A stretch of DNA of 64,000 nucleotides from an uncultured Gemmatimonadaceae bacterium (GCA_963740355.1 CAVUDW010000002.1:576001-640000), one strand, 5' to 3'. Positions 18,179 through 28,321 are shown, counted from the stretch's first letter. The notes: generated by a model not told the origin, from the sequence alone. Translations and numbers: made by a program.

Positions 18179-19505
18179 TCGACAGGTAGCGGTTGACGAG
18201 TGCGGCGCTCATGGCCTGGGGTGGCACATCGAGCACCTGCACGCCGGCGCGGCGCATGCGAAGCAGCGCATCCGCGCGGGCATCGAGCAGCGACTCAGCT
18301 GCGGCGCCACGCCACGCCGCTGCTTCGCTCCCCTGCGCCGCCGGCTGCGCCACAGCCACCAGCGAGTCGTTGCGGAGCGCGAGGAACACGGTCACGTGAC
18401 GCAGGGCAGCGTGGCGTGTCTGCGTGACCACGGCACGGCTGGCACGCACGTCGATCACATCGCTGAGGCAGATCACCAGCGCGCGTGAGCGCTGCCGCTG
18501 TGCCAGTGTGCGGAAGGCGAGCGCGTAGTCCGGCTCCACCAAACGCGCATCAGACGCGGCGAGGGTGCTGCGAATGGCTCGCATCGCCGCCGTACCGGTC
18601 GACGGCGGCACCCACCCTCGGATCTGGTCGTCGAACACCAGCAACCCGATCTTGTCGCGACCCTGCAGCGCCACGTCGGCAAGTACGAGGCAGGAGTTGA
18701 TCGCGTACTCGAAGCGCGACCGATCACCGGCCATCTGGGTCATCAGGCGACCGGCGTCGAGTGCCAGAATCACCGTTTGTCCCTGCTCGACGGTGTATTG
18801 TCGCACCTGCGCGGTGCCACGACGCCCACTGGCCTTCCAGTCGATGTGTCGCGGATCGTCACCGGCGACGTATTCGCGCAACGAGTCGAACGTCATGCCA
18901 CCACCGCGGCGTCGCACCTGACGCACACCGGCATCGCGCAACCGACGCTGCACCGCCAGCAAACGGAACTTCCGCACCTGCGAGAGCGATGGCACGACGT
19001 CGACCTGGTCATCGAGGGCGATGTCGCGCACGACGTCCATCAGGCCAAGGGGGCCGTGCACCCGAAGTGCGACCGGGCCCAACGCAGCAGGTCCGCGTCG
19101 CACACCGCGGATCGGCGAGACGACTGACACGCTCTGCATGGCAGGGAGGTGCACCTGTTCAGCGTGCACGGCGCCGCCACCAAGCGACGGTGCCACGCGT
19201 TCCGCAAGAACCAGCGTCAGGTCGTGCGGCCACGCCGAGTTGATCGTATGCGTGATGGTGTCATCGTCGCCGGATCCAAGCTGTGCCGGTGCCGCGCGAG
19301 TCACCGACACCGCATCCCGCGGCGGCAGTCGCAACGCATCTGAAACAGCGGCACCCAGCACCACGGCGATCGCCACCACGCCTGGCAACATCGACCACGG
19401 TGCAGGAAGCGGCACGAGCCAGAGCAGCGCGGCAGCCACCAGCCAGAGCGCAAGCCGCGGCGTGGGGACGAAGCTGGTGACGATCGCGAAGACGCGTCGG
19501 ATCAC
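18156..19505 (-). CDS. DUF58 (vWA-like) protein
   Basis: FDSLREYVAGDDPRHIDWKASGR, LDAGRLM, CLSD; start approximate. Confidence 0.9.
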   Translation of the reverse strand: MIRRVFAIVTSFVPTPRLALWLVAAALLWLVPLPAPWSMLPGVVAIAVVLGAAVSDALRLPPRDAVSVTRAAPAQLGSGDDDTITHTINSAWPHDLTLVLAERVAPSLGGGAVHAEQVHLPAMQSVSVVSPIRGVRRGPAALGPVALRVHGPLGLMDVVRDIALDDQVDVVPSLSQVRKFRLLAVQRRLRDAGVRQVRRRGGGMTFDSLREYVAGDDPRHIDWKASGRRGTAQVRQYTVEQGQTVILALDAGRLMTQMAGDRSRFEYAINSCLVLADVALQGRDKIGLLVFDDQIRGWVPPSTGTAAMRAIRSTLAASDARLVEPDYALAFRTLAQRQRSRALVICLSDVIDVRASRAVVTQTRHAALRHVTVFLALRNDSLVAVAQPAAQGSEAAAWRGAAAESLLDARADALLRMRRAGVQVLDVPPQAMSAALVNRYLSIKARGEL

Positions 19506-19509
19506 GCGC

Positions 19510-20475
19510 TCAGACCGGTGCCGGTACGCGAAGCAGCACTGCGGCCAGTACGTCGTCGGTGGTGCGCCCTTCGACATCGAGCTCGGGGCTCAGGATCAAG
19601 CGATGGCGCAGCGCCGCCGGCGCGAAACCCTTCACATCATCTGGCGTCACGAAGTCGCGGCCGGCAAGCATTGCTGCTGCGCGTGCAACACGCAGCAGCG
19701 CCACCGAGGCTCTCGGTGATGCGCCGAGAGCGAGCGACGGATCCTCGCGCGTGGCGCGGACCACGGCGGCGATGTAGGCCACCACCTCAGGGGCGATCGT
19801 GACGCGATCGGTCGCGGCGCGCAATGCATCCAGCTGCTCGGCGGTGATGGCCGCGGCGTCGCCCGACAGTGCGCGCTCCGGATCGTCGCCTCGCGCGTGC
19901 GCTTGCAACATCGCCAGCTCGTCGGCGGCTGCGGGATATCCGACACGCACCTTCACTAGGAAGCGGTCGAGCTGTGCTTCCGGCAACGGATACGTCCCCT
20001 CGAACTCCACCGGATTCTGCGTTGCGACCACGGTGAATCGCTGGCCGAGGTCATGGCGAATGCCATCCACGGTCACCTGCTTTTCCTGCATCGCCTCCAG
20101 CAGCGCCGCCTGCGTCTTCGCCGGTGCACGATTGATTTCGTCCGCCAGCAGGATGTCCGCGAACAGCGGGCCCGGACGAAACTCGAATCGACCATCGCTA
20201 CCGCGCAGCACCGACGTACCGGTGATGTCGGCTGGCATCAGGTCAGGCGTGAACTGAATCCGGCCGAAGTGTACGCCGCAGGCGCCGGCAACCACGCGCA
20301 CGAGCAGCGTCTTGGCGACGCCGGGAACACCCTCGAGCAATACATGCCCGCGGGCCAGGAGCGCCGCGAGCAGCTCGTCGATCGCGGCATCCTGGCCGAC
20401 GATGCGACGCCGAATCGCGGTGCGAAGGGCGGCAACGGAATTGGCGGATGGAAGCGACTGGTCAGGCGAAGTCAT
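19510..20475 (-). CDS. moxR: MoxR family AAA+ ATPase
   Basis: GVPGVAKT, RIQFTPDLMPAD, LADEINRAPAKTQAALLEAM, ATQNPVEFEGTYPLPEAQLDRF. Confidence 0.96.
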   Translation of the reverse strand: MTSPDQSLPSANSVAALRTAIRRRIVGQDAAIDELLAALLARGHVLLEGVPGVAKTLLVRVVAGACGVHFGRIQFTPDLMPADITGTSVLRGSDGRFEFRPGPLFADILLADEINRAPAKTQAALLEAMQEKQVTVDGIRHDLGQRFTVVATQNPVEFEGTYPLPEAQLDRFLVKVRVGYPAAADELAMLQAHARGDDPERALSGDAAAITAEQLDALRAATDRVTIAPEVVAYIAAVVRATREDPSLALGASPRASVALLRVARAAAMLAGRDFVTPDDVKGFAPAALRHRLILSPELDVEGRTTDDVLAAVLLRVPAPV

Positions 20476-20523
20476 GTGCGTGTGGAAGGTCGGTCATGGA
20501 GCAGGAGCGACACAGGCGTGTCA

Positions 20524-21858
20524 TCACGTCAGGCACTCCGCATCAATGTGCGCTGCAGCCTTACGCAGTGCGGGGAGATCATTCGGTGCTGCGGGGGATT
20601 CCATCGCCAGCGACAGTCGTGCCACATCGTCCGCAATGACCGGGTGACGCTCGGCGAGGGCGGCCAGAAACGCCGCGTCATCGAGTGTCCGCCAACGGCC
20701 CGCCGCGTGGCGCCGCCGGATGCCACGCGCCAGCATGCGGGCCACTGTTCGCGTGCCGCGTACTGCCTGCCACGCGGTCGCGAGGGCATCGACATGCTCC
20801 AGCGCCGAGCGACGCTCCTCGCGCAGTCGGTACACAGGCGCCAGTGTGCGACGGCCGCGCGCCAGCAGCAGCACCATGCACGCGGCGATCATCGTCAGCA
20901 GCATTCGACCCAGCCCGGTGCCGCGCAGCCATTCCCACAGCACGACGCCAGGACCGTCACTGCGGACACCCTGATAGTACTCGGCAAAGACGATGGTGCG
21001 ATCGCGGCCTTCGGAGAGGTATTCGAGGCTGCGAACGATGGTCAGTGCCGACCCCATGCTGCAGTTGCGCATCTGGTCGGTGCGCAACAAGTCGGGATCG
21101 GCCAGGGCCACGACGCGGCCGCGACCCAGTGGAAAGGCGACCACCGTTGGCCGCATTTCCTTCGTGGCCTTTGCGCTGTCCGGCGCGGGCTTCACGGCCG
21201 GTGTCGCGTCGACAAGGTCATCGTTGCTGCCGTCGTCCGAGACCGACACTTCGCTCGACAGCAGCGTCCGCGCATTCCGCGGATACGGGACTGGCGTCGC
21301 CGACTCGTTTGGTGCGGCGGCGGCGGTGTCGAAGGTCAACATCCGGCTGCGCACGCGCAACGCCGAGAATGCATCGGTTTCCGGAGGGCACTTGCCGAGT
21401 GGCGTTGCGCCGACGAATCCAGCGGGCCCTTGGCGGAGCCCGAGCGATTGCAACAACCGGGACGGCTCTGAGCCCGATGGTGCGATCAGCATTCCGGCGC
21501 CGCGCGTCACCGCATCCTGCAGTACTCGCCGCTCGGCTGGCGACATCGGCGTCGGTCCGGCAAACACCGCATAGATGACATTGGAGTCGAGCACACCTGA
21601 CAGCGGCGTACTGCGCGTCCGGACCTGCCAGCCAAGCCGGCGTGCCAGGTCCGATGCCAGCTTCGCGTTGCCGGGGCCGTACTTGAGGGTCGTCAGCCGG
21701 GTGTCGCTGGCATCGTCAGTCACCGGTGTGAGCAACACCACGAGGGTGACCAGCGCCAGCAGCAATCCAAGTGTGATCATCGTTCCGCGTCGTGCACGCT
21801 TTCGTTCGGCGTCGGTGTCGTCGCTGGCGACGATGTCCGCCACTTGCACGGTGGCCAT
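20524..21858 (-). CDS. DUF4350-like membrane-anchored protein
   Basis: N- and C-terminal TMs, GRGRVVALADPD, RSALEHVDALA; position in the MoxR cluster. Confidence 0.75.
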   Translation of the reverse strand: MATVQVADIVASDDTDAERKRARRGTMITLGLLLALVTLVVLLTPVTDDASDTRLTTLKYGPGNAKLASDLARRLGWQVRTRSTPLSGVLDSNVIYAVFAGPTPMSPAERRVLQDAVTRGAGMLIAPSGSEPSRLLQSLGLRQGPAGFVGATPLGKCPPETDAFSALRVRSRMLTFDTAAAAPNESATPVPYPRNARTLLSSEVSVSDDGSNDDLVDATPAVKPAPDSAKATKEMRPTVVAFPLGRGRVVALADPDLLRTDQMRNCSMGSALTIVRSLEYLSEGRDRTIVFAEYYQGVRSDGPGVVLWEWLRGTGLGRMLLTMIAACMVLLLARGRRTLAPVYRLREERRSALEHVDALATAWQAVRGTRTVARMLARGIRRRHAAGRWRTLDDAAFLAALAERHPVIADDVARLSLAMESPAAPNDLPALRKAAAHIDAECLT

Positions 21859-22499
21859 CAGGCGGCGCGCTCCGTGATCGGTTGCGGTTCGGCGAGGAGC
21901 ATTGGCGACGCAAGCTGCTCGAGGCGACCGAAGCGTACAGAATCACAGAGACCGTCGCCGTAGGCCACGACGTCATACACCTGCGCGAACGCGAAGTACG
22001 GCGCGCTGAAGGGGTCGGCGGTGGCGCGCAGGTCGCGACCATAGTCACCCACCGTCTTCGATGGATGTCGACGCACCCGCTTCTGCTCCACCAGGCGCGT
22101 GACGACAGCCGCGTGCAGCAGGTGCGCCGCTTCCACGTACGCCCCCTGCGCCGCGAGTCCGCGCGCCTGCTGCAGTTGTTCGCCGGAGGTGATCTGGACT
22201 TCACGACGGTTCGCGGCTTGACGTCGCGCGCGCGCCACGATCACCGCGCGCGCCACACTCACGGCAATGGCCGCTGCTATCAGCGACAACGAGATCAGGT
22301 ACGTGCCACGACTCCCGCTCGCCTGCGTGAAGAGGTCGCCGAGCAATCGCGTGAACCAGTCCCAGAATCGCGAGAGCAGCGTCGAGGTGAAGTTCTCGCG
22401 GTAGCCGCGCTCGAGCACGATACGGGAAATGGTGTCGCGTACGGCGGCGGCGGGGATCGGTGCCTGCAACAACAGTGCGCTCAACTGGACCACGCTCAA
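21858..22499 (-). CDS. DUF4129-like membrane protein
   Basis: TM then AAQGAYVEAAHLL...SKTVGDY...YDVVAYG; MoxR cluster context. Confidence 0.75.
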   Translation of the reverse strand: MSVVQLSALLLQAPIPAAAVRDTISRIVLERGYRENFTSTLLSRFWDWFTRLLGDLFTQASGSRGTYLISLSLIAAAIAVSVARAVIVARARRQAANRREVQITSGEQLQQARGLAAQGAYVEAAHLLHAAVVTRLVEQKRVRRHPSKTVGDYGRDLRATADPFSAPYFAFAQVYDVVAYGDGLCDSVRFGRLEQLASPMLLAEPQPITERAA

Positions 22500-23407
22500 C
22501 CGGCGGACAGCGATGTGTCGCCCGACAAGGCGTCGAGCGCCGCATCGAGATCGGCGCCTTCGCGTCGCACACGCAGGTCGGCGTACGTCAGCAGCATGAT
22601 GCTACCGATGATTGGCACGACCGGAATGATGATGACGCTCATCAGCGCCTGCACCATCTGCTGCTTGTCCTGAAAGGCCGCCAGCAATCCGGCCAGGACG
22701 AGATAGACCACGCCCACGATGACGACGACGAGGCCGTACGTCTTGGCCAGCAGGAAGTAGTTGCCGCGCGACAGCGCCTGCGAACGCTTGAGCGCCTCGA
22801 TTGGCCCCAGGCCTTCGGCGACGACGAGCGAGGTCATGATCGCCGACCGTGCGAAGATCGTGAGAAACACGAAGAGCATGATGACGAGGATGACCACTGC
22901 GGCCAGCACGGCGCTGACCGCAACGCCTGGGGTCCCGCCGGCAAGTGCCCCGAGCGTCGAGCCGCTCGACACCGCGATGAACGCCGCCACGGCGATGACC
23001 GGCACTGCGACGATCACGAGGACCAGCGCGAGCAGAAGATTCGCGCCGAGCAGCGCGAAGATCCGTCGGAACGCAGCCAGAAACGCGTTCCAGACGGTCG
23101 GCAACGTCTCACCACGCAGCAGGGCCAATGCCCCGCTGATGATGGCGCCGGATTGCACCGTCGCAAAGGCGTACGTCAGCAGCGAGAGCGGCAGCAGCGA
23201 CGCCTGTTGCCGCAGCAGGACCACTGGATCGGTGGGTGTCGTCGGGAAGACGATCAGGGTGATGATCGCCTGGATCAGCGATGGAATGGCCCCGATGGCC
23301 GCGATCCGCAGGAAGTAGCTGAACTGCGGTCGAATCAACTGCACCGCGCCATCCACGATCTCCGTGGCGGATCGCGGCGGCAACGGCGGCAGGGAAGGGA
23401 CAGGCAC
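22496..23407 (-). CDS. multi-pass membrane protein of the MoxR cluster
   Basis: PRSATEIVDGA N-terminus, EGLGPIEALKRS, YADLRVRREGADL; start approximate. Confidence 0.8.
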   Translation of the reverse strand: MPVPSLPPLPPRSATEIVDGAVQLIRPQFSYFLRIAAIGAIPSLIQAIITLIVFPTTPTDPVVLLRQQASLLPLSLLTYAFATVQSGAIISGALALLRGETLPTVWNAFLAAFRRIFALLGANLLLALVLVIVAVPVIAVAAFIAVSSGSTLGALAGGTPGVAVSAVLAAVVILVIMLFVFLTIFARSAIMTSLVVAEGLGPIEALKRSQALSRGNYFLLAKTYGLVVVIVGVVYLVLAGLLAAFQDKQQMVQALMSVIIIPVVPIIGSIMLLTYADLRVRREGADLDAALDALSGDTSLSAG

Positions 23408-23609
23408 TGGGGTGTCGGTCAGGGGGGAGTGCGCTGGTCTTGCGGCCAGCAACCATCAGTACGGTAGCATGCCAACACGGCTACGTCTTCGGCGGTTCGT
23501 CTCGACGCCTGCGATGTGCTAGCGCTACCGGGCTGATTCGGCCGGCAGCACGGGCTCCGGGTAAGGCGTGTCGCGTCGAGCAATATGGTTGAGTCTGGTG
23601 CGTCGAATG

Positions 23610-23827
23610 TGTGGTAGCGTCGCCACGGAATGCCGCGATATGGAAGAGTCTGCCGGTGCTGATCGTGAACGACGCGCGCGTGCCACAGGCAGGCGTCCTG
23701 CTGCGTAAGATCTGTATTCACAATCACTTGCCATGCAGAGTCCGTCAACCACTGACCGAGCGATACAGTCTGGAGCAATTTCAGATGAACTCGCTCTCGT
23801 TAGTTGAGCGGCGGAACGTGACTTGCC
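23610..23827 (+). promoter_or_regulatory. predicted sigma-54 promoter module of the PEP-CTERM protease
   Basis: TGTGG-tagcgtcg-CCACG 23610-27; AAG-N17-CTT box 23707-29; cGGaacgtgacttGC 23812-26. Confidence 0.65.
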
Positions 23828-23922
23828 CTCTTTGCTTTTCGATGTTGGGTGCTCAGTTGGATCAGGCCACTGAGCGCTGCTGCCTATACGACAGCAACAT
23901 CGCCCCCCCGGAGGTATTGCTC

Positions 23923-24987
23923 ATGAGAGTTCTGGTTACGCTCGCCGCGCTAACCATGGCAGCCAGCTCGGCTGCCTCCGCTCAGGCCACGTTCGTGACC
24001 CTGACACACCCCGTTGAATCGTATGTCGTCGTCGGAGACTCGACGGTCGGCGCCGGCGTGGGCATCGACAACCCGCTCTACCTGCCGCCGTCGACGGACA
24101 ACAACTACTCGGGCGTCGTCAACCTGTGGCTCGATGATCTGGACCTGAATCAGCGCTTCGGCTGCACCGGAACGTTGCTCTCGAACCGCCACATCCTGAT
24201 TGCCGCGCACTGCGTGACGACCGCGGGCACCGTGACCACGGATCGCTTCACGGCCCGATTCCGGAACGCCGACGGCACGTTCACGACCGTGACGGGCACG
24301 AAGATCTCGGTGCAGACGAACTACAGCGGCAATGTGCTCGAAGAGCAGGACGTCGCGGTCCTGACGCTCAGCGCCGATGCTCCGGCGTCTGCACGCCGCT
24401 ACACGCTGTTTCAGGGCAACCCGCTCGTCGACTACACCATGGCCGGCTACGGCCGCACGGGTACCGGCGTCACGGGTGGCACGAATAACGTCGCCAACAA
24501 CCAGTTCGGCGCCGTGAACGTCCTGCGCGCCGGCCGCAACACCTTCGAGACGACGGCCAACGATGCGGGCAGCTTCGCCACCATCGCCAACCCGAATCCG
24601 GGTGCGTTCGGTGGTATCCTGGTTTCGGACTTCGATCGCATCGGGCAAAACACCGCTAGCGCCATCTGCGCCTCCCTCGGCGTCTGTGGGAGTGGTGTCG
24701 ACCTCGAATCGTCGATCGGTAGCGGCGACTCGGGTGGTGCGGCGTTCTCCAACACATGGGAAGTGCTTGGCGTGGCCTCGTGGGGCAGCACGCGGAACGG
24801 TGTTGGTGGCCTCTACGGCAGCTACTTCGGCTACGCATGCGTCGCGAATTACTCCGCCAACGCGAATTGCCAGGCGAACTACAACTTCGTGATGGGTGTG
24901 GTACCTGAACCGTCGACCTATGTGCTGATGGTCACCGGTCTCGTCGGCCTCTTCGGCGTCGCCCGTCGCCGCACGCTCCGCAGCTGA
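23923..24987 (+). CDS. trypsin-like (S1) serine protease with PEP-CTERM sorting signal
   Basis: Signal peptide after GGAGG RBS; IAAHC, QDVAVL, GDSGG triad; VPEPSTY-TM-RRR tail. Confidence 0.92.
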   Translation: MRVLVTLAALTMAASSAASAQATFVTLTHPVESYVVVGDSTVGAGVGIDNPLYLPPSTDNNYSGVVNLWLDDLDLNQRFGCTGTLLSNRHILIAAHCVTTAGTVTTDRFTARFRNADGTFTTVTGTKISVQTNYSGNVLEEQDVAVLTLSADAPASARRYTLFQGNPLVDYTMAGYGRTGTGVTGGTNNVANNQFGAVNVLRAGRNTFETTANDAGSFATIANPNPGAFGGILVSDFDRIGQNTASAICASLGVCGSGVDLESSIGSGDSGGAAFSNTWEVLGVASWGSTRNGVGGLYGSYFGYACVANYSANANCQANYNFVMGVVPEPSTYVLMVTGLVGLFGVARRRTLRS

Positions 24988-25060
24988 CACGCACGAGCAT
25001 CGTCCGCGCGCTCCAACCCGCGCGCTCGATCTAGCGAACGAGGGACCACCCTCCCGCACC

Positions 25061-25109
25061 AACGACGCAGGCCAGCCGATCCCCGGATCGCTGGCCTGCG
25101 TCGTTTTTT
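25061..25109 (+). terminator. intrinsic terminator
   Basis: AACGACGCAGGCCAGC...GCTGGCCTGCGTCGTT followed by a T run. Confidence 0.85.
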
Positions 25110-25167
25110 GTAGCACACCCTCGCCCTGCGCCGACATGAGCAATGCGCGATCGTCGCTCGTGCGTGC

Positions 25168-25476
25168 CGCACCAACGGTCCACACATTCAAACGCGCGGA
25201 GGCGCGGAGGACGCGGAGCCGCGGAGGTTCGCTCGCGGTAGCAGCGTCGCGCGCAGCTCGGAGGTTGAACTGCAGGAGAACTGCGCTCGCCTCCGTTGGG
25301 TACGAAGCACATCACAGCGGTACGTGACTACACACCCAGCGAAACGCAGTTGTCATTCACACGCACTGACCTCTCCGCCGCCAAAGGCGTCTAATGCTGT
25401 TCCCCGCGGCTCCGCGTCCCCCGCGACTCCGCGTGAGGGAGTGTGGACAGTCAGGCGAAAGCGCAGCGTCGCCGCA
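25168..25476. mobile_element. MITE-like element copy B, inverted relative to copy A
   Basis: 25168-25296 matches revcomp of 5986-6110; 25366-25476 matches revcomp of 5693-5797; own TIRs at 25178-25227 and 25402-25448. Confidence 0.55.
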
Positions 25477-25546
25477 AACGACGGAATGACGGGCGACGCG
25501 GAGAATGCGGAGGACGACGACCGTTCTACCGCCTCGCATCGCGCAG

Positions 25547-25963
25547 TTAGAACGTGACCTTGCTCGCGCCTGACTTGAGCTCGATGTGGCAGCGCGACGG
25601 ATCGAGGCCGAGGACGATGCGGGTGCGGCGAGTGCGGCGGGCGTGCGTGAAGGTAACGTCGAATGGTTCGCCCGTCGGGCGCAGGTCGGTCAGGGTGCCG
25701 TCCTCCAGGACCTTGTACTCACCACCACTGCCGAGCGCTTCTACGCGCGGTAGTCGTGCACGGGTGCGAACCCGTGTGACGATGATGCTCGCATCGGAGA
25801 TCGGCGCGCCGGCGCGATCGACCAGGCGCAGTATGATCGCGCGCGCCGACATGTCGCAGACCTGCTCGCCGGCCGGAAGCCGCGCACTGGCCGGACGCTG
25901 CGCGGTCGCTGCTGTTGCAGCGACCGCGAGCAAGAATCCAATCCGGAAGACAACCTGCATCAA
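25547..25963 (-). CDS. small exported hypothetical protein
   Basis: Signal peptide (...ATAATAQ), two Cys; directly downstream of the acyl-CoA dehydrogenase. Confidence 0.6.
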   Translation of the reverse strand: MMQVVFRIGFLLAVAATAATAQRPASARLPAGEQVCDMSARAIILRLVDRAGAPISDASIIVTRVRTRARLPRVEALGSGGEYKVLEDGTLTDLRPTGEPFDVTFTHARRTRRTRIVLGLDPSRCHIELKSGASKVTF

Positions 25964-25970
25964 CGATCCG

Positions 25971-27140
25971 CTATTTGAGGACGATTTTCGCGATCGTGTT
26001 CAACTGCATGTTCGACGTTCCTTCGTAGATCGCGCCGATCTTGGCGTCGCGATAGAACTTCTCGGCCGGGTAGTCCTTCACATACCCGTAGCCGCCGAAA
26101 AGTTCGAGTGAGACACTCGTGACACGCTCCGCCACTTGGCTCGAAAAGAGCTTGGCCATCGCGCCTTCGCGCTGGATATCGTGGCCCGCGTCCTTGAGGC
26201 GCGCTGCATTGTAGACCATGAGTCGGGCCGCCTCGAGCTCCGTCGCCGCTTGTGCCACCTGGAACTGGATGCCCTGGAATTCGCTCAACGGCTTGCCGAA
26301 CTGCGTGCGCTCCTTGAGGTAGGCGCAGGCCGCCTGCAAGGCGCCGCCGGCCACGCCGATCATCTGTGCGCCGATGCCGATACGACCACCATTCAGCGTG
26401 TCGATGGCGATCTTGTAACCCTGGCCGATCGGGCCAAGGACGTTCGCGTCCGGAACCTCGACACCCTCGAGGATCAACTCGCAGGTGCTCGAGGCACGGA
26501 TGCCCAGCTTGTCTTCCTTCTTGCCCACCGAGAAGCCCGGGAACGACTTCTCGACGATGAACGCCGTGATCCCGCGATAGCCCTTCTCGAAGTCCGTGTT
26601 GGCGAAGACCACGAAGATCTCGGCGTCGGCACCGTTGGTGATCCACAGCTTCTGGCCAGTGAGTTTCCACCCCGTGGCCGTCTTCTCCGCCTTGGTGCGC
26701 AGCGCGAAGGCGTCGGACCCCGAGGACGCTTCCGAGAGGGCGTAGGCGCCGATCGTGTCCGTCGTCAGGCGCGTCAGGTATCGCGCATGCTGGTCGGCGT
26801 TGCCATAGGCGTGAATCGGGTAGTTCACGAGCGTGTTCTGCACGTCGACCATGATCGCGGCGGCCGGGTCGACCTTGCTGATCTCTTCCACCGCGAGGGC
26901 GATCATCATCGCGGTCCCGCCGGCACCACCAGCCGATTCCGGGAGCTCGATGCCCATCAGGCCCATCTCGAAGTACTTCCGGATGATGTCGGGGTCGATC
27001 TTGCCGGCGGCTTCCATGGCCCGAACCCGAGGGGCGACATCCTCCGCCGCGAAGGCGGCGACCGCGTCGCGGAACATGATCTCGTCTTCGGAGAGCAGGG
27101 TGAGGGGCGGGCGGGCGGTCGAGCTATCGGTCATCGACAT
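25971..27140 (-). CDS. acyl-CoA dehydrogenase (short/branched-chain type)
   Basis: YALSEASSGSDA, GQKLWITNG, KLGIRASST, RTQFGKPL, GGYGY, IYEGTSNMQ. Confidence 0.96.
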   Translation of the reverse strand: MSMTDSSTARPPLTLLSEDEIMFRDAVAAFAAEDVAPRVRAMEAAGKIDPDIIRKYFEMGLMGIELPESAGGAGGTAMMIALAVEEISKVDPAAAIMVDVQNTLVNYPIHAYGNADQHARYLTRLTTDTIGAYALSEASSGSDAFALRTKAEKTATGWKLTGQKLWITNGADAEIFVVFANTDFEKGYRGITAFIVEKSFPGFSVGKKEDKLGIRASSTCELILEGVEVPDANVLGPIGQGYKIAIDTLNGGRIGIGAQMIGVAGGALQAACAYLKERTQFGKPLSEFQGIQFQVAQAATELEAARLMVYNAARLKDAGHDIQREGAMAKLFSSQVAERVTSVSLELFGGYGYVKDYPAEKFYRDAKIGAIYEGTSNMQLNTIAKIVLK

Positions 27141-27297
27141 GTATGAAATCCGTCTGGACGGCTGGTCGGGTGAGTGCGTGGGAATCTGCCAAAGATCGCA
27201 CATCGTCCGACGAGGTGGCTCCCCCGGCGTCACCGGTGTCGTGCACGCCGCGTTTTCGTGGGTTCGTCGTCGGGGTTTGCCGTCGAAGCCCCTGCCG

Positions 27298-27331
27298 TTG
27301 ACATATAAGCATAGCTTTATATGCTTCAGGC
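27298..27331 (+). promoter_or_regulatory. sigma-70 promoter overlapped by a 20-bp palindromic operator (SahR-type)
   Basis: TTGACA 27298-303, TATGCT 27320-25; ATATAAgcatagctTTATAT 27303-22. Confidence 0.75.
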
Positions 27332-28321
27332 ATGGCTGCAACTCCGCTCCGAACCGCTGCGCAGGACGCCGAGAGCTCTGGCGCATCCTACCGGTCTCTG
27401 CTGGATGCCCTTCGGGCGGCGGCGGAACCCACCCGGCTGCGATTGCTCGGCATCCTCGCCCAATGCGAGCTGACCGTCACCGAGATCACACAAGTGCTCG
27501 GCCAGAGCCAGCCGAGGGTGTCGCGACACCTGCGCCTGATGTGTGAAGCCGGATTGCTCGACCGCGTTCCCGAGGGCAGCTGGGTCTTCTACCGGCTCGC
27601 TGATGACCGGATCGCCCAGACCTTCGTCGGCTTGCTTGGCAGCGACGACCCGACGCTGGCCGATGATCGGGAGCGACTCGCCGCCGTACAGCGGGCGCGC
27701 CAGGAAGCGGCTGACAGCTACTTCGAGCAGCACGCACACGAGTGGAACGACATCCGATCGTTGCATGTGCCGGAAGAAGAGGTCGAGCTGGCGCTGCAGT
27801 CACTGCTCGGCGACGAGCCGGTCGGCGACCTGCTCGACATCGGCACCGGCACCGGGCGCATCCTCACCCTACTCGCGCCGCGCGCCACGCGGGCGATCGG
27901 AATCGACCGCTCGCACGAGATGTTGGCCTTTGCCCGTGCCGCGCTCGCGTCGGCCGAATACCGCCATGTGCAGCTGCGTCACGGCGACATGTATCACCTC
28001 GCGTTCTCGGCCCGCAGCATGGACCTCGTGGTGCTGCATCAGGTGCTGCACTTCGCCGATGACCCTGTGGCAGTGATGCGCGAAGTGGCGCGCGTCCTTC
28101 GCCCCGGTGGCCGATTGCTCCTCGTCGATTTTGCACCGCACGGCGAAGAATCCCTGCGTGAAACCCAGGCGCATCGTCGCCTCGGTTTTTCCAACGACGA
28201 TGTCGCCCACTGGTGCGCCATGGCCGGCCTGCGGGCGAAAGAAGCCGCTCGCCTGCATGGCGATCCGCTGACCGTGGTCATCTGGGACTGTTCACTTCCT
28301 CACCCGACGGTATCTGCATGA
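27332..28321 (+). CDS. sahR: ArsR-HTH + SAM-methyltransferase-fold regulator (SahR-like)
   Basis: AEPTRLRLL...SQPRVSRHL HTH; LLDIGTGTG; heads the metF-metH operon. Confidence 0.85.
   Translation: MAATPLRTAAQDAESSGASYRSLLDALRAAAEPTRLRLLGILAQCELTVTEITQVLGQSQPRVSRHLRLMCEAGLLDRVPEGSWVFYRLADDRIAQTFVGLLGSDDPTLADDRERLAAVQRARQEAADSYFEQHAHEWNDIRSLHVPEEEVELALQSLLGDEPVGDLLDIGTGTGRILTLLAPRATRAIGIDRSHEMLAFARAALASAEYRHVQLRHGDMYHLAFSARSMDLVVLHQVLHFADDPVAVMREVARVLRPGGRLLLVDFAPHGEESLRETQAHRRLGFSNDDVAHWCAMAGLRAKEAARLHGDPLTVVIWDCSLPHPTVSA

Noticed and set aside
27141..27331. SAM/SAH/cobalamin riboswitch before the met operon
   Set aside because: No recognisable aptamer, and the promoter position leaves no leader.
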